Positions 7,506 to 18,631 of a stretch of DNA of 52,858 nt are shown one piece after another. This DNA is from Sedimentisphaerales bacterium (GTDB lineage Bacteria > Planctomycetota > Phycisphaerae > Sedimentisphaerales > SM23-30): assembly GCA_963663965.2 (NCBI GenBank), contig CAXXFK010000003.1, positions 1-52,858 of the forward strand, written 5' to 3'. Made by a program: the position numbers and the translations under genes. Every line of letters begins with the position of its first letter. Position 1 is the first letter of the stretch. Under the pieces are notes generated by a model, which had not been told where the DNA came from, ran no database searches, and saw only the letters and a list, made by a program, of their open reading frames with translations.

Positions 7506-10500
7506 TCATGGCATATCAACCTGTTCAATCGCAGAGTCAAGTTGCAGAAAATAGTCACGGTTATTCGACATGATCCGTACTGCCAGGGTGGCAGGCTGAT
7601 CACCTTGATATTGATCGGAGGCTATTTTTATGAGAAAATGGTTCCAGCCTTTGGTTAATGGCAGATGCTGATATTGATTCAATGTTCGGTAATCAACGGG
7701 CATGGATACTGTCGGGGTGATTTCTTTGCCATCCAGCCATAACCGGCCGGCCTGTGAGACATAACAAAACATGGTAAATGTCGGCGCGTCTGGGCCATCC
7801 TGTAAAAGATTATCCAGCGACCGGAGACTGCGAATCCAGAAGCTCAAATACTGGGCAAATGGTTTTTCGGGCTTATCTTGCGATTCGATCTGATTGAAGA
7901 TAAAACGATCCCGGCTGGGGCTGTTTACGGATTGCCAGCGATGTCCGTAGGTCATTTCATTCTGTTTTGGCCGGAGGATTAGTTCCGGGATATATGATTT
8001 ATTCAGGGCCGAATCCATATTATCCGCCTCAAATCTGCCCAGGTATAACGCATTCAATAGCACACCTTCTTCGTCAAACGCGGCGGTTGCCGTTTCCTTT
8101 GATTCATGCAACCGAATACCCATCTGACTCAATAACGATTGCCAGAATCGTTCAACTTTTCGGCTGCGATTTCGATAATCCAGCGTACTGAGCAGTAGAC
8201 GGCCCCGGCCGATGGGAACCTCAATCATAGCTACGCCGGATGGTTTTTGCAGATGTTCATATAAAACTACCGCGGCACATTTGGCTGATTCAGGTGCAGT
8301 ATTGAATAATGTCCAATCGGTATTACTAGCCTGCAATAAAACCTGACTCTGCCCGACCAATGGCCCTGATAATCCCTGTTTCATTACAGTCCGACTGCTG
8401 CCTTCTTCAGCAAAGTAAAGTTGAGGCAGAGTCATAATACCCGTCCAGGGATGAGTTTCATTGGAAACCAGCGCGGTGGCGGAACGATTGGTCAAACTAA
8501 CGGGCGCCGGCAACAGAGCGACCAGTTCTGATGGCAGTTTTTCCCCGCTTGCCATCAACCAGATAACTCCCCCCTGCCGTTGAATCGTATCCAACCGGGC
8601 TTTAATGGATGCAGTTTGTGTCGGATTTATACTATCGACATCTACTATTGAAAAAGAGGTTGGCTGATCGGTAATCACGACTCCCAGTGTTTCCAGCCTC
8701 CGGGCAAGTGGATGTTGACGGTTTCCGATCAGTTCGACTTGATCGATTGTTGGTTCAGGATTTCGGACCGGCTGATCTGGATCGCGTCGGCGGATATGAT
8801 CCCATGGGCAAGCCTGGGGACCAATGGGTGCAAGGGCCGCCTGCTGGGCATGGAACATGGCAAGTGGTTTATATAGAGGTAAATCAGAGTCCCAACCCGG
8901 ATTCAAAGTAGCAACATATGGGGGTATGCGTTCGGGCTGTATACCGGGTTTACCCTCAACATAGGCCGCTGTCAATTTGATACCATCCTGTAATCCGGGC
9001 AAACGGTTAAAATCATCATAACCGAAATTCAGATGCTCCAGTCCAAACCAGGCAGTTTCACTGGCGGAATAATAGGCCAAATGGGGACGAGCCATCTTAA
9101 CAATATTGTCGTAAACATCGATAGCCAGTGCCTCATTTCGACCGGCATAACTGGCAAAAGCCTCTGAACCATTGAACATTGCCAATTGACCAGGGCGGGC
9201 GTAATAGGTACCGCCGGATTCGCCGACCATCAGTGGTTTTTGTATATCGGGTAATTCTTCGGCATGCGTACCGTGGCCAAAATGCCGGCTCCAGACTGGC
9301 ATCGTACCCCGTAAATCCTCATCGCCATCACAGGAAATCCATGGCCGGGTAGGATCCAATTGTCGGGCTCTAAGGCCTAATTCAGCTAATTGGTTGTACC
9401 AGCGGTTGGCATCTTCTTCTGAAACCTGGCTCAAGTTAAATATAGCAAACAGTTCATTCCCAAAACTCCAACCCAGGACACTTGGGTGGTTGCGATCACG
9501 TAAAATCAGACCGTCATAATGATCCGTAAATCGCTGCCACGCGATGGGTTCTTCAAAGTTGAGCGCGATAGAACTGCCGAAAATTGCCGTTTCATCCAAA
9601 ACGACCAGGCCCATTTCATCGGCCAGTTCAAGATAACAGCGTGGATGAATCTGGGCATGGGGACGAACGGCGTTACCGCCCATATCCTGAATCATCTTAT
9701 ACCAGGCCCAGACGTAGCCGCGTGACTGTGTAAAGGGACCGAATGGATGCAGTAAATCGCCGTAAAGCTGTATCTTTTCACCGTTAAGCAGTAAATCACT
9801 GCCAGAAATGTTAAATTGACGCCAGCCGAAACGAGTCATTTTCTTATCAAGAATATGACTATTCTGTTTCAGGGATAGAACCCCGGCATATAAACTGGGC
9901 GATTGGGGAGACCAGAATTTGAGTTGACCGTTAATGACCTGATTGATTGTGACTGTTTGGCTCTGGCCAGGGGCAATCGATACCTGATTATCTCTTACTT
10001 TTAATACGGGTGCGTCTAATTGCCAATTGGGAGTATATACATCTGGGATTGTCTGGCCGGCCAGGTTCTGCCAGGGGCAGATATCACCGTTAAGGGTGAT
10101 CTGTTGGACCGTATCGGTATCATTGCGGATTGTAATATCCAATTCAAGACGGTTTTGATCGACCAGTGGTTTGATAAAAGTATCTGTGATCCGTACGGAT
10201 GGTAAGCCTAGCAGGAAGATATCCTGCCAGATGCCGGCCAGACGCTCTGTTTGCGAACCACAAGGATAGGACAGCCCCATTTTGGGGTATTTTTTGCTTT
10301 GTATATTAAACAGGCTGTGTGCTCGTACACCAACCAGTAATTCATGAACCTGCCCGATTGTAACAAGATCCGTTATATCCAGTTCAAATGGCAGGTATTT
10401 ATCAAAATGGTTGCCGGCCGGCTTTTGATTGATACGTATTTCGCAATCGCCGGCGACTGCTTCAAAATGCAGCATAATACGGCGACCGGCCCAATCTGAA

Positions 10501-10958
10501 GGGACGGTAAATTCCCGCCGTAACCAGGCCATTTCGACCTGATCCCACAACTGGGGATAGCTGGGATAATAAACAGAATCCGGCCAATAGAGATGATTAG
10601 TCCCAGGACCGACATTGCGACCGTTTCCCCAGGTATTAACATTCCAGGGTGAGGGGATTTTAATAGGCGTTTCAGACCAGCCATCATCTACTGGCTGGCT
10701 GAGCCGGGGTGGATTGCCCTGATTTCGAATCCAGGTATCCGGAATAGATACCGGTTGGAATTGCCACCGGCCATTTAAACAGATTTCAGCACGATAGGAT
10801 TGTTCCGGATCAGATACCATGCCATGTTCCGGAGCAAATTCGCCGGGAAATTCCTGGGCAGCGCCTGTCCAGGTACAGAGTTGGAATAAAATTAAACCGA
10901 TAATTCCAATATTCGAGAATTTAGTTCGCAAGGTATACTCCATGTGTTGATGACGCAC
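7506..10958 (-). CDS. Glycoside hydrolase family 2 multidomain protein
   Basis: LNGRWQF, LHFEAV, AGIWQDI, RFGWRQF, LADEMG, RDRNHPSVLGWSFGNE, VGESG; start codon uncertain. Confidence 0.9.
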   Translation of the reverse strand: MRHQHMEYTLRTKFSNIGIIGLILFQLCTWTGAAQEFPGEFAPEHGMVSDPEQSYRAEICLNGRWQFQPVSIPDTWIRNQGNPPRLSQPVDDGWSETPIKIPSPWNVNTWGNGRNVGPGTNHLYWPDSVYYPSYPQLWDQVEMAWLRREFTVPSDWAGRRIMLHFEAVAGDCEIRINQKPAGNHFDKYLPFELDITDLVTIGQVHELLVGVRAHSLFNIQSKKYPKMGLSYPCGSQTERLAGIWQDIFLLGLPSVRITDTFIKPLVDQNRLELDITIRNDTDTVQQITLNGDICPWQNLAGQTIPDVYTPNWQLDAPVLKVRDNQVSIAPGQSQTVTINQVINGQLKFWSPQSPSLYAGVLSLKQNSHILDKKMTRFGWRQFNISGSDLLLNGEKIQLYGDLLHPFGPFTQSRGYVWAWYKMIQDMGGNAVRPHAQIHPRCYLELADEMGLVVLDETAIFGSSIALNFEEPIAWQRFTDHYDGLILRDRNHPSVLGWSFGNELFAIFNLSQVSEEDANRWYNQLAELGLRARQLDPTRPWISCDGDEDLRGTMPVWSRHFGHGTHAEELPDIQKPLMVGESGGTYYARPGQLAMFNGSEAFASYAGRNEALAIDVYDNIVKMARPHLAYYSASETAWFGLEHLNFGYDDFNRLPGLQDGIKLTAAYVEGKPGIQPERIPPYVATLNPGWDSDLPLYKPLAMFHAQQAALAPIGPQACPWDHIRRRDPDQPVRNPEPTIDQVELIGNRQHPLARRLETLGVVITDQPTSFSIVDVDSINPTQTASIKARLDTIQRQGGVIWLMASGEKLPSELVALLPAPVSLTNRSATALVSNETHPWTGIMTLPQLYFAEEGSSRTVMKQGLSGPLVGQSQVLLQASNTDWTLFNTAPESAKCAAVVLYEHLQKPSGVAMIEVPIGRGRLLLSTLDYRNRSRKVERFWQSLLSQMGIRLHESKETATAAFDEEGVLLNALYLGRFEADNMDSALNKSYIPELILRPKQNEMTYGHRWQSVNSPSRDRFIFNQIESQDKPEKPFAQYLSFWIRSLRSLDNLLQDGPDAPTFTMFCYVSQAGRLWLDGKEITPTVSMPVDYRTLNQYQHLPLTKGWNHFLIKIASDQYQGDQPATLAVRIMSNNRDYFLQLDSAIEQVDMP

Positions 10959-11318
10959 ATTCAGACCAGATTGCTAAGTTCTCTTCCTTCCAGTCCTGGT
11001 GAATAATCAAATCTTAATCGGCAATGGTTATTTTCAAATTGGATCATTACTATGTCAATGCAGAAACGATTAGTAATAGACAAAAGAGATTGTATGAAAA
11101 TTTAACAGTAATTTATTTTTGTATGAAATTATTCATTATCAGGGTAGTATTTGTGAGACAATTTTATCTTGATAAACAGTATCTTATTATTTTATAAGAC
11201 ATTACATTGAGCGTCCGATGATGGATGGTATTAATGGCGTTTGGGAGTGTTCCTTAATTCCTTTTTGGGCTTTACTTATCAATTATTATCAGTATTCTGA
11301 TAGGCACAGGAGTTACAA

Positions 11319-11392
<74 letters not shown>

Positions 11393-11457
11393 ATTTGTTT
11401 AAGTCGTTATTATTAATCTGGTTACACAATTCATTTCTCTTGTTGACCTGGGATCAT

Positions 11458-11479
11458 GCCCCCGAAAATGGGGCTTTTT
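11458..11479 (+). terminator. Intrinsic terminator downstream of tRNA
   Basis: GCCCC-CGAAAAT-GGGGC followed by TTTTT. Confidence 0.6.
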
Positions 11480-11563
11480 ACTGTTTTTATTATAAGTGTT
11501 TTTTTCATAATTAGTTAAATCAATATCTGGTATCCAGATCAGTCTCGATCAGTTTAGGTGAGT

Positions 11564-11580
11564 CGCCCCACCTGACGCCC
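11564..11580 (+). promoter_or_regulatory. Putative integrase arm-type site (left end)
   Basis: CGCCCCACCTGACGCCC, repeated with one mismatch at 34077..34093 near the other att site. Confidence 0.6.
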
Positions 11581-11585
11581 TGTTG

Positions 11586-12961
11586 CTATGCGCCAGCACT
11601 GACACTAACAGCTTTATCTGTGGCAAGGCTCTCAAAGTCAGGTAGTTTCTCAATTGCTGATGCTTGATGTTCTCTTAACGAATGAGAATATCTCGACATC
11701 GTTAAATTAATGTCGCTGTGCCTCATTAATGTCTGAATGGTTTTTGGGTGTACTCCGCTGGCTGCCAGCATGGTTCCAAAAGTGTGACGCAGACCGTGAA
11801 AATCAATATGGCCGCTATCATTGTTTTGCAGAAAGGTCGAGTCCATGCGTTCAGATCTCTGCTGGGGACTGACGGCCTGTTCGATCCATGCTGCCCTGGC
11901 ATCAGCACAATCTTTTCTTAGCATCCTTGCCACACTGGACGGATCAGCCATCTTCTCAAATAAATTGACTTGCGGTTTTTTGATTGAGATATGGGATTGA
12001 ACCAACTTCGCCGTGCCCCGTTTCAAGGGCAGGGTCGCTTCTTTTGAATTCTTCGCATGAGTCGAGCTTATTGTGACTGACGGATCACCTAAGTTAAAAC
12101 TGGCCCCGGTCAAGCTCCGAAGCTCGTTCGACCTCAAGCCTGTTTCAAGAGCCAGCCTGTAAAGCAAGTGTCTCTTATCAGGAGTCATCTTCATGTAGGT
12201 TTTGTTTGACTTCATAGTTGTGTCTAACAGCATGGCAACCTCAGTCGTCGTCAACGCCCTTCTCTGTTGAACCTGGTCTTTGTGAATCATTGGCAATTTG
12301 AGATATTCAACCGGGTTGCTGCTGATACGGCCATCTCTTACAGCCCATCGACAGAATTGCTTGAATGAGCTTAAATGATGTTTCTTGCTGGTGGGTGACA
12401 TATCACCCACAGGCTGGCTTTTGCCACCAATCAGTTTACGCCTGCCCTTGTTTTTTTTGTAAGAACCCCCAATTCTATGGGTCGCTTTGAAACCGGCTAT
12501 GACTTGTTGAACAATTGACGGCTATCTGACCAGTATTTAAATTTAGTCGCATTCAACACACGTTTAACCCGATCCTTCTCAAGGTCGGCATGTCTCCCGG
12601 TTACTCCGCTTGCAAGCTTGGTTTTGTGATAATCTTCAAGGTGTTTGATTAACGGCATGGTATTGGCAACCCGTTTTCTGTCGATCAGATTATACTCGAT
12701 CAGTCGGTCCTTGATCTGGGGTGGTAGAGTTTCGATCCATTGGAGTATTTCCGGGCCGGGGTGATCGCCTGCGATTTTAAATTCAACGACACGTTTGAGC
12801 TTGTTTTTAAAACTATCGGCTGCCGGTTTATTAGTAATCTGGGTTGACATCCTGCGCCGTTGCCCAGTGTGATCTCTGAATACTGTGATATAAAACCCGG
12901 TCGGCTTTCGCCCGCCCCGCGCGTTCGGTTTAGTGTTCCTAGTCAAATACATCATGGCCAT
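11586..12961 (-). pseudogene. Tyrosine recombinase/integrase split by one frameshift near 12520
   Basis: C-terminal part has TGLRSNE, HAKN, HGLRHTF, MRHS..LTMSRY. After KYWSD a one-base shift gives an open frame PSIVQQVIAG..GDMSP that joins the two ORFs. Confidence 0.88.
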
Positions 12962-13285
12962 TTACTCCAATGTCTATTTGTTATCCATTAACATTTGCTA
13001 AAGTATGTGTACAAAAAAGCCCACCGCCGAGATATGAATGTTACAATGCATGTTTAGCAGTAGGTATAAATTTTTCCAGACATTCCGTCGGTTTTGACCG
13101 GTATTAATTTGACGCAACCGAGCTGATGGGGCCAGAAGGCCTGGTTGATTCAATTCATGCATTGACGTAACTGCATCCACGGCGGGCATATTAGCGCAAC
13201 AAAAAGCTGTCGCCAACAAGAAATTCTTATCATTTCAAAAAATATTTAATGGTCTAATCATTCGTAATTAATAAAACTATAGACA

Positions 13286-13900
13286 TTATTGCATATCAAC
13301 CTTATTCTCCAAACCTAGTAATTGTTCAGAGATATTTTCAATACTGTTAATCATTTCATTCAGCATTGCTCGTACCGGGTCATCCATTTGAAATGACTCT
13401 TCCTGACATTCTTTTGCTAATTGCCTACTTATAACATATGGCCATTTATCAGGTTCATGCCAAGAATTATCTTCCTCAAATGAAGAGAGATATATTCTAC
13501 CAATCCAATGGGAATCCAATAATGGTTTAATAAATTTATAAAGACGAATCATTTCAATATATGTTTCATATTCAGCATAACGATATAACATAAATCGCTC
13601 TTTATTAAACCTTTGCTTCTGGATGTTTTCTGGATTAACTTCGTCATCATCCATGTCATATATTTGATCACATCGCAATAATAGTTGCTCGTGGAGAGAT
13701 GAAGGCATGGATAATTGATTTATATCCGGAAAAGTTTCTCTTGCCATCCATTTCGTAAGTCTTTCTAAAGTCCAGCGATCAAGTAATTTTAGAACAGTAT
13801 TGTCTTGAAAAGCTTCAAAAAACTGGCTCCATCTGGCGCTACATTTTGGATCTTGACAATCATTTGCATTGTTGATGTTGGGATCGATATTCAAATTCAT
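13286..13900 (-). CDS. Hypothetical protein (island cargo, AT-rich)
   Basis: 204-aa ORF, no recognised motif. Confidence 0.6.
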   Translation of the reverse strand: MNLNIDPNINNANDCQDPKCSARWSQFFEAFQDNTVLKLLDRWTLERLTKWMARETFPDINQLSMPSSLHEQLLLRCDQIYDMDDDEVNPENIQKQRFNKERFMLYRYAEYETYIEMIRLYKFIKPLLDSHWIGRIYLSSFEEDNSWHEPDKWPYVISRQLAKECQEESFQMDDPVRAMLNEMINSIENISEQLLGLENKVDMQ

Positions 13901-14152
13901 AATAGTAAACTCTAAAAAAAGGTGCTTTTCTAACTTTTCACATTGTTTCGCATTACTGACTTTATTCTTCTGAGTAGCAATAATTATGTACCAGTCTTTG
14001 AACCACCCCTACAAAATCGATTAGACATTACACTGTAATCAGTTATAGAAGACGCGCCAACCTACCACCCATTTTAAAGTTGGTCTTCACATTACATATA
14101 ATTATGTGTTTTCTATAGTAATATTATCTATAATCAAAATAACTGATATATA

Positions 14153-14257
14153 GGGTGGTACGGATGGTACGAATAATATAATAAATTACACAATATAAGC
14201 TTATGGATTTTAACAGGATGGTACAAAGGCTGATATAAGCTGGTGTAATGCTGGCAC
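14153..14257. repeat. Iteron-like repeats, putative replication origin
   Basis: GG(G/A)TGGTAC at 14153, 14162 and 14216, followed by degenerate GCTG(A/G) copies, in AT-rich DNA just downstream of the primase gene. Confidence 0.5.
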
Positions 14258-14272
14258 ACTTTTCTAATGAAA

Positions 14273-16441
14273 TCATAAAGTTGCCCCCTCAGCGATTCCA
14301 ATGCCAGTATAAATACGGCAACGATCAGGGCCACGACCACGCCGTTGAGTTTTTATTTCAGGATATGCTGAAACGAGTTCTTTAATGAATTGATCGGTAG
14401 TTTTCGGATTTCGGTATCCGTTGGCATAACACCAGTCTATATACCTCTGGTATAAGTGAGTTTTAGTAACTTCTGCACCAGTAATAACGATACAGCAATC
14501 ATCTACAAATGCTGAGATCGGACTGGTCGCACGATCGATTTGCTCGACCATATCTAACGACGTCGATGGCACAGTAAATCTCCCATCACGATTCAGGCGC
14601 TCGAATCCTTGTATAGCCCAGTTTAAAATTCCCGCCAGTTCCCCATATAGGCGATTGTCAAGTCCTGCATCCTCACGTCCAAAAAATGATTCGGAAAACA
14701 CTAATGGTAATAATCGCCCAGCAAAAGCTCGACTGGAATCGTATATGTTCGGGATGACGTTAGTGGCGATCAGTATCTTGGCTGTTGATTTCACATTTAT
14801 CGGATCACGATATTTGCGATCAACACGCAAGGTATCACCACCACTAATAGTTAGTATTCGCTCCACTGTCCCTTTATTTTGAGTTATGTCTTTAATCCGC
14901 GCGTCTGGTATCGCAACTATTCTTTTACCTATTATGTCTTGTAATGCAAATTGTGTATGGACCGTTCCCATTTCCATTACACCAAAATTATCAGTGCCAA
15001 TTAATTGTTCTAGCAATCGAACAATCGTGCCCTTCCCACTACGTCGTGCGCCAATCAATAATAAAATTTTGTGATGATCTGTTCGCTTAGTGAGGATATA
15101 TCCCATATATTTCTGTAGCTGTCGAATCGATTCATCGTCGCCAGGAAATACGGAGTTGAGAAAATCAATCCAGTACGGACATTGCGCTTCCGGATCATAG
15201 TCATACGCAGTACATCCGGTAACGAAAACACTGGATTCGTGCTGTTTAAAAGTTAAGCTATTCAAGTCCAGAACACCATTGTTTAACGCCAACATATCGG
15301 CATTAATCGGATCATGAATGTTAAATGGGGCGTCTAATTCATTAGGCAAGATCGCCACATCGTCCACGGACACCAGGGCGTGCAAGGCATCATCAGCTAA
15401 TCGTCTCGATGAAATTACTGGCTCGATGTTACCCTTGGGTTTAACTATCTTCAACTGGTCAATAAGTTGATAAATTTCGCGAATTATCAATTCTTTCGGT
15501 ACGATTTTATAACTCTTATCATTCCATCGATAATAGTCACCACGATATCGTACTATCGGATTGCCTTTAGCCATGCCCAACCTAACCAACAAACCAACAA
15601 TATCCCGTCCTGTCCATCGTTCGGATACAAATGGGTTTGCCATTTTCTGTGGCGGTTCTTTTATTATAGGAGTATCAAAAACCATTCTATGCAATTCTTC
15701 AATAGTGTTGCCGGATTGTAGCCAATCCGTCACATCTCCTTTGATGGGTAATCCTGGCAGGTCAATAATCTTTATCGACTTCGCAATACCAACAAGCTGC
15801 CGTGCTATTTCATTTCCATGTTTCGTACCTGCCTCGTCATTATCAGGTAACAGGATCACATCACGGTCACGTAAACATTCGGAGTATTCTTGCCTCCACT
15901 TCCCTGCGCCACCTGCATTGGTTGTTGCCGTTAAACCAATTTTCCGGAGCGATTCAACATCCCGCTCACCTTCGACAATAAAGACTGTTTCAGCAGCCAG
16001 CACTTCCGGCAGACGGTATAACAGCATATCGATCTCTTTCAAATTCCAAATCCAGCCGTTGCGACCATCTGGTCGACGCTGCCGAAATGATTTCGGATCA
16101 TACCTCACGACTTGAAATACTATCGTCCCATCCGCATCAACATAGTCGTAAGTTTCGACAACTTTTTCACGCTTTGCATTTTTCGTACTACTCGTTTTAA
16201 TACCCCGTTTATTGTTCGTAAATAGACAGGTCATGTTCAATCCTAATGCCTCGACTACAGCATCAGTCAAACATCCAGCGTGACAATACAGCAAAGTTTT
16301 GCCACCGCGTACAGTAACAGTTAAGGAGGCCTGCCTATCATCATGGGCCGGACATTGACATTGCCAAACACCATCGGCAGTGGACCTAATCTCTTTACCT
16401 GTCTGACGTAGAGCCTGAATTATTTTGTTGTCAGAGTTCAT
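14273..16441 (-). CDS. Primase-helicase: Zn-binding + TOPRIM + P4/D5-type SF3 helicase
   Basis: CPAHDD..SL..CHAGC; VFIVEGERD and LPDNDEAG; D5_N-like YDPEAQCP.W..FL; Walker A GARRSGKGT. Confidence 0.92.
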   Translation of the reverse strand: MNSDNKIIQALRQTGKEIRSTADGVWQCQCPAHDDRQASLTVTVRGGKTLLYCHAGCLTDAVVEALGLNMTCLFTNNKRGIKTSSTKNAKREKVVETYDYVDADGTIVFQVVRYDPKSFRQRRPDGRNGWIWNLKEIDMLLYRLPEVLAAETVFIVEGERDVESLRKIGLTATTNAGGAGKWRQEYSECLRDRDVILLPDNDEAGTKHGNEIARQLVGIAKSIKIIDLPGLPIKGDVTDWLQSGNTIEELHRMVFDTPIIKEPPQKMANPFVSERWTGRDIVGLLVRLGMAKGNPIVRYRGDYYRWNDKSYKIVPKELIIREIYQLIDQLKIVKPKGNIEPVISSRRLADDALHALVSVDDVAILPNELDAPFNIHDPINADMLALNNGVLDLNSLTFKQHESSVFVTGCTAYDYDPEAQCPYWIDFLNSVFPGDDESIRQLQKYMGYILTKRTDHHKILLLIGARRSGKGTIVRLLEQLIGTDNFGVMEMGTVHTQFALQDIIGKRIVAIPDARIKDITQNKGTVERILTISGGDTLRVDRKYRDPINVKSTAKILIATNVIPNIYDSSRAFAGRLLPLVFSESFFGREDAGLDNRLYGELAGILNWAIQGFERLNRDGRFTVPSTSLDMVEQIDRATSPISAFVDDCCIVITGAEVTKTHLYQRYIDWCYANGYRNPKTTDQFIKELVSAYPEIKTQRRGRGPDRCRIYTGIGIAEGATL

Positions 16442-16659
16442 TTACAGTCCTGAGCTTGCTGCATTGCAATCCAGCGGCTTCGACAAGGGCACCCAGCCTT
16501 TATCCATTCAGCTATTTCATTAGCATAATATCGCACCACTCCACCAATTTTGATAGGTTTCGGACCGATTAAACCACGAGCATTATGGGCATGAAAAGTT
16601 GACCGTCCTACTTTTAATTTCTGAGCTAATTCTCTCACAGTGAGTAATTCCGTCTGCAT
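16438..16659 (-). CDS. AlpA/excisionase-like HTH protein
   Basis: LLTVRELAQKLKVGRST..PKPIKIGGVVRY..EIAEWI; overlaps the primase start by 4 nt. Confidence 0.88.
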   Translation of the reverse strand: MQTELLTVRELAQKLKVGRSTFHAHNARGLIGPKPIKIGGVVRYYANEIAEWIKAGCPCRSRWIAMQQAQDCK

Positions 16660-16872
16660 AATATTGATAACTCCAACATGAAAGCATAATTAATTATCAG
16701 AGCCTTCAAGCATCTGACGGACTCAATCATAGCTATACAGACGTGAATTTTCAGTGAATGTGCAAAATAATTTCTTTACTATAATACCATATTTCGTAAT
16801 TAGTTAAAATCAATGCCAACATTTTCACGCTGTGAATTTTTTGTGAGTTTGTGAATCTTAAGTGACTAGGCT

Positions 16873-17895
16873 CTATTTTTCGACCTCAATAGCACATTTT
16901 TCAGAGTCTGGGGCTCGATACAACCTAAGGCCATTTTTTTTATAGCTTTCAAATCCAAATGGTTCTATTTTTTCAAACTGTTTTCGCAGGTTACTATCAT
17001 CATAATTATTACCATTTCTATACTGCCCTACCCTATCATTCAGTGTTTTAGTATCAATCGGCATTTTAGTTTTAAATAAAACTATTGCTACCAATACAAT
17101 AAATTTTGGCAATTTGATTTTCTCGCCATTATAAATAATATAGTCGTGCGATTTTGGAATAATTAGTGTACTGGGTGTTGATTCTCCATTTTTCTTATCC
17201 CAATTCCCCGAATTATTACCTGGCCCATGCTTCGTCACATCAGTCACCATATCAATATCAACTTTAATCCCTAACTGACCAGCTAATCTTGTCAACAGGT
17301 CACCCACAATCTGATTACCATTGTATTCAATTTGTGAGCAATATTCCTTCCTTGAAAGATACACTTGTATTTCCCATAGTTTACGACAATATCTCCTCTC
17401 TGTATCTGGCCTATACGTCCAGTTAATGCATAATGTTTTTGTTTTACCTGTTAAATCTGCTAATATAACCATGGCCGTTATTTTTTGAAAAATTTCACTC
17501 TGGCGTAAACAACTAATTTCTGCTTCAAGATCGGTTATATCGCTTATTAATTCACGTAAATCATTACAAGAATCGTCAATCACACAATCCGTTTCCGTAA
17601 TGGCTCCGCGTTCTACCTCAGGCCGTTTTGTTATAGCATTTTGTTGGCTCTGAAGTTGATGAATAATTTCTAATAATTTCCGCTTCTGTTGATACAGATC
17701 ATTAATACGAACCCTGGTTTTGTTTTGTTGTTCAATATTATCAAGCAAAGCAATTGCGGATAATTTCACAAATTCTGGATCGTCTAACTTCAACTTTAAT
17801 TTTTCAACCAAACCAGGAAATTTTTCATTAATTGTAAATTTTAAATGAATAAAATCAATCGTATTGGATACCATAAATGGGTCTTGCTTTCTCAT
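16873..17895 (-). CDS. Hypothetical protein, coiled coil, possible C-terminal winged helix
   Basis: 340-aa ORF in AT-rich DNA upstream of the alpA-like gene; domain call is tentative. Confidence 0.65.
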   Translation of the reverse strand: MRKQDPFMVSNTIDFIHLKFTINEKFPGLVEKLKLKLDDPEFVKLSAIALLDNIEQQNKTRVRINDLYQQKRKLLEIIHQLQSQQNAITKRPEVERGAITETDCVIDDSCNDLRELISDITDLEAEISCLRQSEIFQKITAMVILADLTGKTKTLCINWTYRPDTERRYCRKLWEIQVYLSRKEYCSQIEYNGNQIVGDLLTRLAGQLGIKVDIDMVTDVTKHGPGNNSGNWDKKNGESTPSTLIIPKSHDYIIYNGEKIKLPKFIVLVAIVLFKTKMPIDTKTLNDRVGQYRNGNNYDDSNLRKQFEKIEPFGFESYKKNGLRLYRAPDSEKCAIEVEK

Positions 17896-18631
17896 GCTTT
17901 CAGTAAGGATATTTATTGATGATCAGGAATTATGGGGCGTGAAAGCAAGAAATACGCCCCATCATAATCCTACAAGTCTTGATTGATTTATTATAATAAT
18001 CCCGATTGTTGCCACCAACCGATTCAACAGTTTTAGAAAAATCACATAACCCTTTTAGTATATTTCAGTTAAGAACGAACATAAGGAAGTAGCAAAAAAA
18101 AATTGCCAATTAATCCATACTATAAATTCTTATCGACTTCAACGTTCCTGGAATTCCCAAAGTAACAAATGATATGGAATCTTTCCGATCCGTAAGAATA
18201 ACTTTTCCTCCAATCACCACATTTTTAATTTATTATCTCCTCTTTAATTTTAATAATTCGGATAATTTAAATTTATCAAATATTAAAATAATTGTGTTTA
18301 CCTAGATTTATGAATAACGTTAAATCTTTACACTTTTTTCGAAGTAATATGTCTCAAAAATCACACATGAATCTGAAAGATTTTTATAGTATTTTACGCC
18401 ACAGTAGGTTGCGACAAAGACAATTTACTGTATTATTTATACTTAGATTTAAAATTGAAACAAATTGAAAACATCGCTTCTTATGTAGAACCATACAAAT
18501 TATGGTATTGTTAAAATCGTTCGGATTTTATGCTTGATTTATAATCTTTTGTAGCCATATTGACTTATTAAGTTGATCAGTTCTATAGACTAAAATATAA
18601 ACGACAAATCACATTGGAGATAATAAGAACG

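Noticed and set aside
12451..12458. A8 run as programmed frameshift site of the integrase
   Set aside because: It lies downstream of the first ORF's stop and is already in frame with the catalytic part; the break is near 12520.
12998..13219. 73-aa ORF upstream of the integrase
   Set aside because: TTG start, no RBS or motif; likely a promoter region.
14134..14340. 68-aa ORF with YHP repeats
   Set aside because: Translation of the iteron-like repeats; overlaps the primase end.
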